From Oceanispirochaeta sp. (GTDB taxonomy: Bacteria > Spirochaetota > Spirochaetia > DSM-2461), in NCBI GenBank assembly GCA_963666275.2, contig CAXXOA010000002.1, forward strand, positions 704,001 to 768,000: DNA of 64,000 nucleotides. The letters are read 5' to 3'. Shown here piece after piece: positions 10,604 through 20,505 of this stretch. How positions within the stretch are numbered: the first letter of the stretch is position 1; each line of letters starts with the position of its first letter. The notes below the pieces were generated by a model, which was not told the origin of the DNA, ran no database searches, and worked only from the letters and a program-made list of their open reading frames with translations. Made by a program: the position numbers and the translations under genes.

Positions 10604-11530
10604 ATGATTTCAAAATCCTTTGCTGATGGGGTCTATCCTGTAATGCTGACTCCCTTTTCTGATGATAATAAAGTGGATTATGCCTCTCTGGCCAAACTGG
10701 TGGACTGGTACCTTGAAAGCGGTGTAGCCGGTCTGTTTGCCAACTGCCAGTCCAGCGAAATGTTTTTTCTCTCTCTGGAAGAGAGGATAGAGCTGGCGGA
10801 GTTTATAATAAAACGCGTCGACTCTAAAGTTCCCGTTGTCGTCTCAGGCCATATTTCAGATTCCCGGGAAGATCAGCTGAAAGAACTGAATGCCATGGCT
10901 GACGCAGGCGCGGATGCTCTGATTCTTATCACCAACCGCCTGGCCGGAGAAAACGAGGGTGATGACGTCTGGTTTGCAAACCTGCAGAAACTCCTTGAAG
11001 GAATCCCTTCTGACATGCCTCTGGGGTTTTATGAATGTCCCTATCCCTATAAAAGACTCATCTCTGATGAGAGCCTCAAATGGTGTGCCGAATCGGGAAG
11101 GTTCTTTTTTATGAAAGATACCTGCTGTGATATTGAAACGATTGAGAGACGCTTGAAGATTGTGAAGGGTTCTCCCATGAAGCTTTTCAACGCCAATACC
11201 TCAACGCTTCTTGAAACTCTGAAGTCCGGTGCCAACGGGTTCAGCGGGGTAATGGCGAATTTTCATCCCGAGCTCTATACATGGCTGAACCGGGAGTATG
11301 AAAAGCAGCCCGAACTGGCGGAAAAAGTTTCCGACTTTCTGACCATCGCTTCGATGATAGAACGGCAGGTTTATCCTGTAAACGCCAAGTATTATCAGAA
11401 AATCATAGGGAACTTCTCTTCCATTCAGACAAGAGTCAAATCTCCCGAGCTTCTGAATGAAACCTGTCAGCTGGAGGTGAGAAAGCTGGATAATCTCACC
11501 CGGGAGATAAAATCCCTGCTTTTTAACTGA
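10604..11530 (+). CDS. Dihydrodipicolinate synthase/N-acetylneuraminate lyase-family aldolase or dehydratase
   Basis: VYPVMLTPF, YECPYP, Schiff-base Lys in MKDT; ANCQSSE in place of GTTGE. Confidence 0.85.
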   Translation: MISKSFADGVYPVMLTPFSDDNKVDYASLAKLVDWYLESGVAGLFANCQSSEMFFLSLEERIELAEFIIKRVDSKVPVVVSGHISDSREDQLKELNAMADAGADALILITNRLAGENEGDDVWFANLQKLLEGIPSDMPLGFYECPYPYKRLISDESLKWCAESGRFFFMKDTCCDIETIERRLKIVKGSPMKLFNANTSTLLETLKSGANGFSGVMANFHPELYTWLNREYEKQPELAEKVSDFLTIASMIERQVYPVNAKYYQKIIGNFSSIQTRVKSPELLNETCQLEVRKLDNLTREIKSLLFN

Positions 11531-11662
11531 ATAGCCCCGGAGGCTATACCAGTGAATTTCAGATCCGGCGGCATGGGGAGATGCGCCGGTCTGGTCAGGG
11601 TTTTTCAGTCCTGATGATCGTTCCAGTGGTTGAGAATGTAAAAAATAACCCAAGAGGTCTAT

Positions 11663-12391
11663 ATGGTATTAAAAAATAAAATCGCTCTGGTTACCGGTGC
11701 CGGTCGGGGCATCGGTAAGGCCATTGCGATGAAATTCGCAGAAGAAAAGGCAACAGTCGTCCTTTCGGGCAGAAATAAAGAGGTCCTGGAAAATACTCTC
11801 AGAGAGATTGAGAGTCTGGGCGGAGACGCATTTGTTGTCACTGGTGATTTAAGAGATAAAGAACAGGTTCAGTCCATTGTTGATACAGTCATGGAGAAGT
11901 ACGGGAAACTGGACATCCTTGTAAACAATGCGGGAATTTCCAGGGAAATGAAACTCATGGATATGTCCATGGATATCTGGGATGAAATCGTAGAGGTGAA
12001 TTTACGGACAGTTGTGCTTATGACAAAAGCGGTCCTGCCGATTTTCAAGCAGCAGGGCGGAGGGAACATCGTCAATATCGCTTCGGCTGCCGGACTGCGC
12101 GGACTTCCCGGCAGCACCGCCTACGCTTCCTCCAAAGCCGCCGTGATCTGTCTGTCCCAGGCACTGGGAGATGAAATGCGTCCAGACAATATCCGGGTCA
12201 ATGCTATCTGCCCCGGTCCTGTAGATACAGAACTGTTTCAGAAATCGGAACGCCGTCAGTTTATTCTGGATGCCGGAGGGGATCTGTTTCAGCCCGAGGA
12301 TATAGCCAATGGTGCCCTCTATCTGGCTTCAGATCTGTCTAAGGGAATGAGCAGTCAGGTTCTGACCATCCGGGGATTCAACCGCTGGTAG
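11663..12391 (+). CDS. Short-chain dehydrogenase/reductase
   Basis: TGAGRGIG, NNAG, YASSK. Confidence 0.92.
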   Translation: MVLKNKIALVTGAGRGIGKAIAMKFAEEKATVVLSGRNKEVLENTLREIESLGGDAFVVTGDLRDKEQVQSIVDTVMEKYGKLDILVNNAGISREMKLMDMSMDIWDEIVEVNLRTVVLMTKAVLPIFKQQGGGNIVNIASAAGLRGLPGSTAYASSKAAVICLSQALGDEMRPDNIRVNAICPGPVDTELFQKSERRQFILDAGGDLFQPEDIANGALYLASDLSKGMSSQVLTIRGFNRW

Positions 12392-12512
12392 GGCGGGATG
12401 ACAGAGCCGGCCGGAGGGATTCCCTCTCCTGAGTGAATCTCCTGGAAACGATTCTGTTTCTTACCGGCTTCCATTCAGCCCCTCTTTCCGGGGGGCCGTT
12501 TTTTTTTCCTGT

Positions 12513-13181
12513 TTACAGAGGATCCTGCTCGACAGGTTTCCATGTCATTGCTTTTACACTATCCGCCACACTCTCATGATTAACGCTTTTTACATCAAAC
12601 CGCAGGATTTTAAAAGTGAACTGCAAAATGAATCCAATGCCGAAGACCGAGATGACTGTCCCTATGCCGACTTTCGCACCAAGAAGCCATCCTATAACAA
12701 GAACCGTACCCTCAATCATTCCCCGGATGGCTCCGATGGGGATACGGGGTATACGTTTTCCAAGGGCTACCATGAGAGCATCCCGGGGACCGCATCCCAG
12801 GGAGGCTCCGATATAGAAATAGCTTCCCAGGCAGATGACAACCTGTCCTGCCAGGATCATGAAAAGACCCGGCAGAAAACCTGTCATCAGGGGAACGATC
12901 TCAGACGACTGAATGACGTCCACAAACTTCCCGATAAGGATGGCATTGAGAATGGTTCCGAATCCGATTTTTTCTCTGAACAGGTAATCTATGAGAATGA
13001 TGGCGAATCCTGAAATGATAACGATATTGCCAAAGGATATATGTGTCTGATAGGAGAAGCCCATACTGAACGCATCCCAGGGGGATAAGCCCACATTAGC
13101 CTGAACGCTTAAAGAGATGCCCAGGGCATAAAGGAAGAGTCCGGATATGAGTCTCAGAATTCTGAGCATGTATGTCGTCAT
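12513..13181 (-). CDS. YczE/YyaS/YitT-family membrane protein
   Basis: GLSPWD, GFGTILN, LGCGPRDALM, GIGTVI repeats. Confidence 0.88.
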   Translation of the reverse strand: MTTYMLRILRLISGLFLYALGISLSVQANVGLSPWDAFSMGFSYQTHISFGNIVIISGFAIILIDYLFREKIGFGTILNAILIGKFVDVIQSSEIVPLMTGFLPGLFMILAGQVVICLGSYFYIGASLGCGPRDALMVALGKRIPRIPIGAIRGMIEGTVLVIGWLLGAKVGIGTVISVFGIGFILQFTFKILRFDVKSVNHESVADSVKAMTWKPVEQDPL

Positions 13182-13410
13182 TGTTTTCTCTTTTATTTTT
13201 CCTGTTTGAGCTGTATGTCGCTGCCAGTATCAGTTATAGCAGGATCAGGAAAAGGTAAACAGCACCCCGGGCCGATTTCAATGCAATAAGAATAGAGGCA
13301 GAGTTTTCTCTCCGTATCTATGCCATTTTTTTAATCAGAAAATAAAAGTCCGGTTTTTTTCCTGTGGTGGAGGGGAGGTCAGGGAAAACATACCATTGAG
13401 AAGCATCTCT

Positions 13411-13451
13411 CTGTTTCTGTATCAAACAGGTTTCCGTAGAGAGCAGCGGAT
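13411..13451 (+). repeat. 41-nt direct repeat, copy 1
   Basis: CTGTTTCTGTATCAAACAGGTTTCCGTAGAGAGCAGCGGAT; 38/41 identical to 16062-16102. Confidence 0.85.
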
Positions 13452-13646
13452 ATTCACAAAAATAATACACTGGTCGTGTGCCAGATAAATCATGCAGGCA
13501 GTTCCGACAATCCTGAAAGATTCAGAATGGGCTGGAAAGAATATGAGCTGAATCCCCTGGCTGTTTCAGAAAACTGATGATAGGGTAATATACACATAGG
13601 ATGTATGCTTTATGCACCGAATCTGAAATGAAGGAAGGCAGGAAGG

Positions 13647-14702
13647 GTGAAACGCTGGACAACAGAAGAGATCGAGGCCTGGTACGCCGCACAACCCTGG
13701 CTGGTAGGCTGCAACTACATACCCTCCACAGCGGTCAATCAACTGGAAATGTGGCAGGCTGAAACCTTCGATCCCGAGACTATCCGGCGGGAGCTGGGAT
13801 GGGCGGCGGATCTGGGAATGAACGCCCTGAGGGTGTACCTCCACGACCTGGTCTGGCTGGAGGACCCGGAAGGATTCAAAGAGCGGATACGCCTGTTTCT
13901 GGAAATCGCCGACGGGGCGGGAATGAAAACTCTCTTTGTCCTCTTTGACGACTGCTGGTTTCCGAATCCCCGTACAGGGAAGCAGGATCCTCCGGTCCCC
14001 GGATATCATAATTCCCGGTGGGCCAGTTCTCCCGGCCCCGCCGCTGCCCGGGATCCCGAACAGCAGGAGCGCCTGGAAACCTATGTGAAGGATATCGTGG
14101 GCTGCTTCGCCCGGGATGAAAGGATACTTCTCTGGGACGTTTATAACGAACTGGGCAACATTTTCCTGCCCACACTGGCCAAACCCTGGTTTATCCGTAT
14201 TCCCAGGCTTCTGTTTTTGTATCCCCGCTTTAAGATGGGGTACATACCCACGCTGGGGCTTTTCAGGAAGGCTGTCCGCTGGGTAAGGGAGGCCGGACCT
14301 TCCCAGCCGCTGACGGCGGCAGTATATATCCGTCATGGGAAACTGAACCGCCTTCTGATCGAATCCTCGGATATCCTTTCATTTCATAACTATGAGAATG
14401 TCAAATCCCTGGAGCGGCAGATCCGGAAACTGAAGAAAGCGGGAAGGCCCCTGCTCTGTACCGAATATCTGAACCGCTGCGGCAAAAGCCGCTTTGGTAC
14501 TTTCCTTCCTGTTTTCAGGCGGGAGAAGATAGGCTGTTTCAACTGGGGACTGGTGGACGGCAAAACTCAGACAAAATATTCCTGGCAGCATCCCCGTCCC
14601 GACGGTTCGGAGCCGCCCCTCTGGTTTCATGATATCTTCCATAGTAACGGAACACCTTATGATCCGGCAGAAATCGAGTTCTTTGAAAATCAGTGCAAAT
14701 AG
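13647..14702 (+). CDS. Clan GH-A (GH5-like) glycoside hydrolase, cytoplasmic
   Basis: WLVGCNYIPSTAVNQLEMWQ, WDVYNE (acid/base), CTEY (nucleophile), WFHDIF; no signal peptide. Confidence 0.8.
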   Translation: MKRWTTEEIEAWYAAQPWLVGCNYIPSTAVNQLEMWQAETFDPETIRRELGWAADLGMNALRVYLHDLVWLEDPEGFKERIRLFLEIADGAGMKTLFVLFDDCWFPNPRTGKQDPPVPGYHNSRWASSPGPAAARDPEQQERLETYVKDIVGCFARDERILLWDVYNELGNIFLPTLAKPWFIRIPRLLFLYPRFKMGYIPTLGLFRKAVRWVREAGPSQPLTAAVYIRHGKLNRLLIESSDILSFHNYENVKSLERQIRKLKKAGRPLLCTEYLNRCGKSRFGTFLPVFRREKIGCFNWGLVDGKTQTKYSWQHPRPDGSEPPLWFHDIFHSNGTPYDPAEIEFFENQCK

Positions 14703-14884
14703 AAGTCGCAGGTCCTGATTCTCTCCGGAAGTTGTCTTCAATCTCTCCAAAGCTTTAACAAATCTTTGTATTTGATTTACCTTTCCTTTTATATTCTATT
14801 TTAATATAAGGAGATTATGTTTATACAGATGAATTTATAAACACCTGATATTCACAACACCGGGGTGTCTGAGGATTAATATAT

Positions 14885-15994
14885 ATGATTTCAAATGCAC
14901 GGATTGATTTACACATTTTCTGCCTTATGGTTTTAATGGTGATATTCATATACATAAGGAGAAATAAGAAAAAAAGTTTTTCACCCCGGATGCTTAACTG
15001 GGTTATTCTGTTTCTTTCCTTCACCCTGATAACAGAAGCAACAGCATGGAGAACTGAGAGTTTATATAAAAATATTTCCTATTGGTTTTATGTCATTTCG
15101 CTCAGTACCAGCTCGTTTCAAACTGTTTCATGGATCTGCTATTTTGACTATAAGATCTATGGAGACATTCAAGCCCTGAAAAAGAGATTGAAATATTATG
15201 CTGTTGCGCCGGCAGCCATCCTGAGTCTTATGGTTTACAATTTTTTTCGGCCGGGAATTGTTTTTGAAATAGATCAGGCAGGAACCATTGTCTGGGGTTG
15301 GGGATCCTGGCTGCCGCCGGTTATCGTCTATGTATTGATTCTTGCCAGTTTATGGTTCTTTCTGAAGAATAGAAATATGATTGAGGGGCGGCTGACGCAG
15401 ATTCTTCTTGTATTTATTGTTCTCCCGATTTTTGGCTCGATTATTCAACAGTTTACAGAAGATATTCCCGTAAACTGGGCCATGTATACATTGGCATTGC
15501 TTATGACATTCATATCTGTTGAAATGCTGGAGCTGTACAGGGATGAATTGACTAACCTCGCAACAAGAAGACAGTTGGAGAACAGGCTTCAGTTTAAATT
15601 AAAAAACAAGGCGCCTTTTTTTGTCGTTATGATGGATCTGGATAATTTTAAAAGTATCAATGACACGAGAGGTCATTTGGAAGGCGATAGGGTTCTCCAG
15701 GCATTTGCTGATATTCTAATAACAAGCATTAATCCTGAGGATTTTGCATGCCGGGTCGGAGGTGATGAATTCATGCTGATTATTGAATCCCGGGAGGATC
15801 ATGTAATGCATGAGGTTATCCAGAGGATTAATATGAGAGTGGAGGAATTCAAGAAGGAAGAATCCTTTTTTGAACTGGGGGTAAGCATTGGTGTGGAAAA
15901 AGTGGAAACACCGGAATCCTATGATCTGGATGGTCTGCAGCGCTCCATTGACAGCAAAATGTATGAACATAAGAAAATGAAAAAACAAAGATAA
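14885..15994 (+). CDS. Membrane-bound diguanylate cyclase
   Basis: N-terminal TM bundle; DLDNFKSINDTRGHLEGD and RVGGDEF; no RxxD I-site. Confidence 0.9.
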   Translation: MISNARIDLHIFCLMVLMVIFIYIRRNKKKSFSPRMLNWVILFLSFTLITEATAWRTESLYKNISYWFYVISLSTSSFQTVSWICYFDYKIYGDIQALKKRLKYYAVAPAAILSLMVYNFFRPGIVFEIDQAGTIVWGWGSWLPPVIVYVLILASLWFFLKNRNMIEGRLTQILLVFIVLPIFGSIIQQFTEDIPVNWAMYTLALLMTFISVEMLELYRDELTNLATRRQLENRLQFKLKNKAPFFVVMMDLDNFKSINDTRGHLEGDRVLQAFADILITSINPEDFACRVGGDEFMLIIESREDHVMHEVIQRINMRVEEFKKEESFFELGVSIGVEKVETPESYDLDGLQRSIDSKMYEHKKMKKQR

Positions 15995-16061
15995 AGTCCT
16001 GAGACTTGCTGTTGAATAAGATAAGGGATTCCCTTAGCATAGTCCTGCAACTTACCTTTTC

Positions 16062-16102
16062 CTGTTTCTGTATCAAACAGGTTTCCGCTGGGAGCAGCGG
16101 AT
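16062..16102 (+). repeat. 41-nt direct repeat, copy 2 (leader of second YczE gene)
   Basis: CTGTTTCTGTATCAAACAGGTTTCCGCTGGGAGCAGCGGAT; ends 8 nt before the AGGAGG RBS. Confidence 0.85.
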
Positions 16103-16124
16103 CTCAGAGCAGGAGGATTTCTCA

Positions 16125-16817
16125 ATGAAAAATGAAAATACCTTTCCCCAGGAGCTGGCTTATGTACTGGGGATCATCATCCTGGCCCTCAGTGCCGCTT
16201 TAATGGCCCGGGCGGACTTCGGTGTCTCCATGGTGATCGCGCCGGCCTATCTCGTCTATCTGAAGCTGTCCGCTGTTTCTCCGTCTTTTACATTCGGTAT
16301 GGCCGAATACGGGCTGCAGGGAATTCTTCTGATTCTGATGGTGCTGTTCCTGAAGCAGTTCAGATTGCGCTATCTCTTTTCCTTTTTCACAGCAGTATTC
16401 TACGGGCTGGTACTCGATTTCTGGATGACATCTGTCGTCCGTCTTGATCAGGCTCTGAACCTGCCGCCATTTCTCTATTTTTTCTCAGGCCTCTTCTTGG
16501 GTGCCCTGGGAGTGGCACTGCTCTTTCAGACCTATATATCCCCTGAGGTGTATGAGCTCTTTGTGATGGAGGTTTCCTCCCGCTTCGGCATAGAGGTCAG
16601 CCGGTTTAAAACCGGGTATGATATTGTCAGCTGTATCCTGGCCATAGGCCTTTCCTTCCTGTTTTTCGGATTTCTGCACTTCGAGGGAGTGAAATGGGGA
16701 ACCGTCATCTGCGCCATGGTCAATGGACCCCTGATAGGTCTTTTCAGCCGCTGGATGAAAAAGCGGCTGAATTTTGTGAGAGTTCTGGAGAAAAAGCAGG
16801 TTCTGGAATCAGTTTAA
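16125..16817 (+). CDS. YczE/YyaS/YitT-like membrane protein
   Basis: ADFGVSMVIAPAY, SPEVYELFV, GVKWGTVICA; hydrophobic; RBS AGGAGG. Confidence 0.8.
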   Translation: MKNENTFPQELAYVLGIIILALSAALMARADFGVSMVIAPAYLVYLKLSAVSPSFTFGMAEYGLQGILLILMVLFLKQFRLRYLFSFFTAVFYGLVLDFWMTSVVRLDQALNLPPFLYFFSGLFLGALGVALLFQTYISPEVYELFVMEVSSRFGIEVSRFKTGYDIVSCILAIGLSFLFFGFLHFEGVKWGTVICAMVNGPLIGLFSRWMKKRLNFVRVLEKKQVLESV

Positions 16818-17060
16818 TATGCATGAACCTAATTGCTTTTTTGCTGACGGCAGTTCGACATTTTCTCTGAATATCTATTCTTCGGGAACAAAGACTTCAG
16901 AGGTTTGAAGGATCATTCCCCATTCTTCTCATATGATAACTTGTAAATCTACCTATACCGGAAAAAGAATACAATAAAAAGGATTTTGTTTATTGGTTCA
17001 GAAACTCCCTTCAATTATTCTGTTTTTAGCAAACGGTAAAAGCTACTGTATCAGGAGACT

Positions 17061-18149
17061 ATGATGGAAAGCGTATCTAATGTCTATTACCAGAGAATTG
17101 ATGCTCACACATCAACCGGAGATATCCAGAGAATCACCGGGAAACTTTTAAAATCTCTGGTTGAAAAGGAGAATATCCAGCTTGAACAGAAAATCCCTCT
17201 GAAGGTTCATTTTGGTGAGAGTGGGAATGTCACTTTCCTTAAATCGGACAATTATCACGGGGTGATTGATTTTCTAAAAGAAAGGAATATCGATAGTTCT
17301 TATATTGAAACAAGTGTTCTCTACGGGGGGACTCGGTATAAGAGGGAGCTCCACGAACAGACGGCAAAGAAACACGGTTTCAACGAGCTTCCTTTGATTT
17401 TTGCGGACGGGGATCATGGAGAAGACTATGCCGAAGTGGAGATAAATAAGAAAAATTTCAAAACTTTCAAGGTGGGAAAGGCTTTTCTTGATTATAATCA
17501 GCTTATTGTTCTGGCTCATTTTAAAGGCCATCGGATGGCAGGTTTCGGCGGTGCTATGAAACAACTCTCAATGGGATGTGCTGCCAAAGGAGGTAAAATG
17601 GCCATGCATATGGGAGAAAAACCTCATATAATCAATAGAAAGTGCAAACAGTGTAAGATATGTAAAACAAGGTGTAACGAAAATGCCCTTCATATCGGGG
17701 TGATAAGAGAGAGCCGGGGAGCTGATAGAAAAAGGTCCTGGATCGACAAAGATAAGTGCGTCGGTTGCGGAGCCTGTGTGGCTATCTGTCCCCACCAGGC
17801 CGTTTCGATAATTTCACCGAAAAGCGTGTTGAAATTTCTGGGTATCGGGAATCCTTTTCTTGAAAAACTGGTTGAAGGGGCCTTCGCCGCTCAGAAGGGA
17901 AAAAACAATATCTATATAAACTTTGCCATGAATATCACACAGGGATGTGACTGCGAAGGAAAAAGAATGAAAATTCTTATGGATGATTTCGGTGTATTCA
18001 TTTCGACAGATCCCGTGGCAATCGACCGGGCCTGTTATGATATGACGAAAGAGAGAGGCCGGACATTTAAAGGAATAAAACAATTTGCCTATGCAGAAAA
18101 AATCGGTCTGGGTTCTACAAGATACAGATTGCATGAGATAGGGGCGTGA
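17061..18149 (+). CDS. DUF362 domain Fe-S protein
   Basis: KVHFGE, HFKGHRMAGFGGAMKQLSMGCA, two CxxCxxCxxxC motifs, CDC, STDPVAIDRA. Confidence 0.87.
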   Translation: MMESVSNVYYQRIDAHTSTGDIQRITGKLLKSLVEKENIQLEQKIPLKVHFGESGNVTFLKSDNYHGVIDFLKERNIDSSYIETSVLYGGTRYKRELHEQTAKKHGFNELPLIFADGDHGEDYAEVEINKKNFKTFKVGKAFLDYNQLIVLAHFKGHRMAGFGGAMKQLSMGCAAKGGKMAMHMGEKPHIINRKCKQCKICKTRCNENALHIGVIRESRGADRKRSWIDKDKCVGCGACVAICPHQAVSIISPKSVLKFLGIGNPFLEKLVEGAFAAQKGKNNIYINFAMNITQGCDCEGKRMKILMDDFGVFISTDPVAIDRACYDMTKERGRTFKGIKQFAYAEKIGLGSTRYRLHEIGA

Positions 18150-18155
18150 TCCCCA

Positions 18156-19070
18156 ATGGATGATTTTCTCCGGATAAGCAGCATAGCTCAGGTATATGAG
18201 GCCTTAGGGCTCTCAAAAGCATATCACCCGCTGGTCTCGGTATTTTCCCATCATGACCTAAAAAGTATGAAGGAATATGTCAATATCCCGATTCACCTGG
18301 ATCTGTATCACATCACCTTCAAGATGTGCTCTGAAGGGGTTATTCAATATGGAAGGAATTCCTATGATTTCCAGGAAGGGACGATGTTATTTACCCGGCC
18401 GGGACAGGTCCTTTCTTTCCGGGAGTGGAGGGAGGAGGATGGTCAAGGAGGGTGGACTCTTTTCTTTCATCCTGATCTGATACGGAAGTCAGATCTTGGA
18501 AATAATATCGATCAGTATAGATTCTTTGATTATGATGTAAATGAAGCGCTTCATCTCTCGGAAGATGAAAAAAAGACCCTTCTAGATATTATCGATAAGA
18601 TCATAAAGGAATACACAGCCAATCTTGACCGGCACAGTCAGAAGCTCATTGTCTCTAACATTGAGCTTCTGCTGGACTATTGTATCAGGTTTTATGACCG
18701 TCAGTTTTATACCCGTACAAATCTCAATTCCGACTTCGTTTCCCGATATGAACGATGGCTGTCAGAATATATGAAGAGCGAAAGTCTAAAAGAGTCCGGT
18801 CTTCCCTCAGTTGCACTTTGCGCTGATCATTTCAACCTTTCGCCAAGTTATTTAAGCGATATGTTAAAAAAGGAGACAGGAAAATCGGCTCAGGAACATA
18901 TCCATTACTACATTATTGACCGTGCAAAAACCATTCTTCTTAATTCGCAACGGACAATAGGAGAAATCGCCTATGAATTGGGATTTGAGTACCCCCAATA
19001 TTTCAGCAGACTTTTTAAGGCGAAAACCGGATTGACTCCGGGCGATTTCAGAGAGATATGTAAAGAGTGA
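18156..19070 (+). CDS. AraC-family transcriptional regulator
   Basis: YGRNSYDFQEG N-domain; EIAYELGFEYPQYFSRLFK HTH. Confidence 0.92.
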   Translation: MDDFLRISSIAQVYEALGLSKAYHPLVSVFSHHDLKSMKEYVNIPIHLDLYHITFKMCSEGVIQYGRNSYDFQEGTMLFTRPGQVLSFREWREEDGQGGWTLFFHPDLIRKSDLGNNIDQYRFFDYDVNEALHLSEDEKKTLLDIIDKIIKEYTANLDRHSQKLIVSNIELLLDYCIRFYDRQFYTRTNLNSDFVSRYERWLSEYMKSESLKESGLPSVALCADHFNLSPSYLSDMLKKETGKSAQEHIHYYIIDRAKTILLNSQRTIGEIAYELGFEYPQYFSRLFKAKTGLTPGDFREICKE

Positions 19071-19123
19071 CTTTATAGCATATCATGGAGAGGCCACCTC
19101 TCTCTGCGGATTGTACGATGGAA

Positions 19124-20134
19124 TCACCCTTCAAAATCCTCAAGCAGAGAGATGAACCTTTTTTTATCATTTTCATCCAGCCAGGAGGCTGTGAACGCAT
19201 TTTTCTGCAGAGTAATCAGCTCTGCTTCTGTCAGGGATTCCAGCTCCTGAACGGCTTTCAGGTTTTCCGACATATAGCCGGGAAAATAGGCCGGGTCATC
19301 AGAATTGACAGTGACAAGCATCCCCCTGTCCAGCATGGCTTTTATCTCCGCGGCCTTATGATCGGCTGCCACGTATTTATTGGAAATGGGACAGACAGTC
19401 AGCCCCAGTCCCCGCTTTTTTATCTCTTCCCAGAGGGCATCGTCTTCCAGTGAATTGACCCCGTGATCGATCCTGTCAACGCCGATCTCCTCCAGGCACT
19501 GCCTCAAATGCTCCCGCGTATTCTTCTGATCCACATCGCAGTGCATGGTCAGTTTCAATCCTTCCTTCCGGGCCCGTTCAAAAACTTTTCTGAATTTCAC
19601 AGGAGGATTCTCAAACTCGTTGGAATCCAGTCCCACTCCGATTATCCAGTCTCTGTAGGGCAGAGCCTCCATTAGAGTCGCCATGGCAAACTCGGCGCTC
19701 ATGTCGCGGAGAAAACACATGATAAGCCTGGTTTGGATGCCCAGGGTTTTCTCTGCATCCTCCTGAGCTCTTCTGATGCCTTTTATGACAGTCTCAAAAG
19801 AAACGCCTCTGGATGTGTGGGCCTGAGGATCAAAGAAAATCTCCGCATAGACCACATTCTGGGAGTGGGCTTTCTGCATATAGGCCATGGTGAGATCATA
19901 AAAATCCTCTTCCGTCAGAAGCACGCTCATGCCCTCATAGTAGACAGCAAGAAACGAGGGGAGATCGTCGAAATCATAGGCATCACGCATCTCCTTTTCA
20001 TTGGCGTAGGGGAGTTCCAGTTTGTTCCTTTCGGCCAGGCGGAATTTGAGTCCGGGTTCCAGACTCCCTTCAATGTGCAGATGCAGTTCCGCTTTGGGCA
20101 TTTTATCTATAAAATCGCTTATATTGCTTTTCAT
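19124..20134 (-). CDS. add: Adenosine/adenine deaminase
   Basis: PKAELHLHIEGSL, RIDHG, CPISN, NSDDPAYF. Confidence 0.9.
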   Translation of the reverse strand: MKSNISDFIDKMPKAELHLHIEGSLEPGLKFRLAERNKLELPYANEKEMRDAYDFDDLPSFLAVYYEGMSVLLTEEDFYDLTMAYMQKAHSQNVVYAEIFFDPQAHTSRGVSFETVIKGIRRAQEDAEKTLGIQTRLIMCFLRDMSAEFAMATLMEALPYRDWIIGVGLDSNEFENPPVKFRKVFERARKEGLKLTMHCDVDQKNTREHLRQCLEEIGVDRIDHGVNSLEDDALWEEIKKRGLGLTVCPISNKYVAADHKAAEIKAMLDRGMLVTVNSDDPAYFPGYMSENLKAVQELESLTEAELITLQKNAFTASWLDENDKKRFISLLEDFEG

Positions 20135-20505
20135 ATAGGTCTTCTCCTGATGACATGGGTTGCGTCTACTTCAGAAATCCGCTCCTGAAGCCTTGTTAAC
20201 AGCATAATCGGGAAAAGGCCCGGTCGGCAATCGTTCCTTGAAATTATTGATACGGTCGGGATGTCTTTTCCCTTTTTCGGCCCGGAATTCCGAAGGCTGT
20301 GTCATTTCAGAGAAGAGCTGTTTATCACATCCAAGCACAGCGTTCAGGCTCTGTGGGATAATCCATCAAGCATTTCTCTCCGGATTTTGACTCTACATGG
20401 TGTTAAAATCATGAGAAGAAGGACCCATAAAGGATTTTAAACCTGTAGAAGCATGAGTCCGCTCAAAGGGAACTATTTCCCATCTTTTTCAGATGAAAAT
20501 CCCGT

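Noticed and set aside
20135..20505. Purine riboswitch upstream of the deaminase
   Set aside because: No TATAAT...GATATGG...GTTTCTAC core; only a short CTTCAG/CTGAAG hairpin
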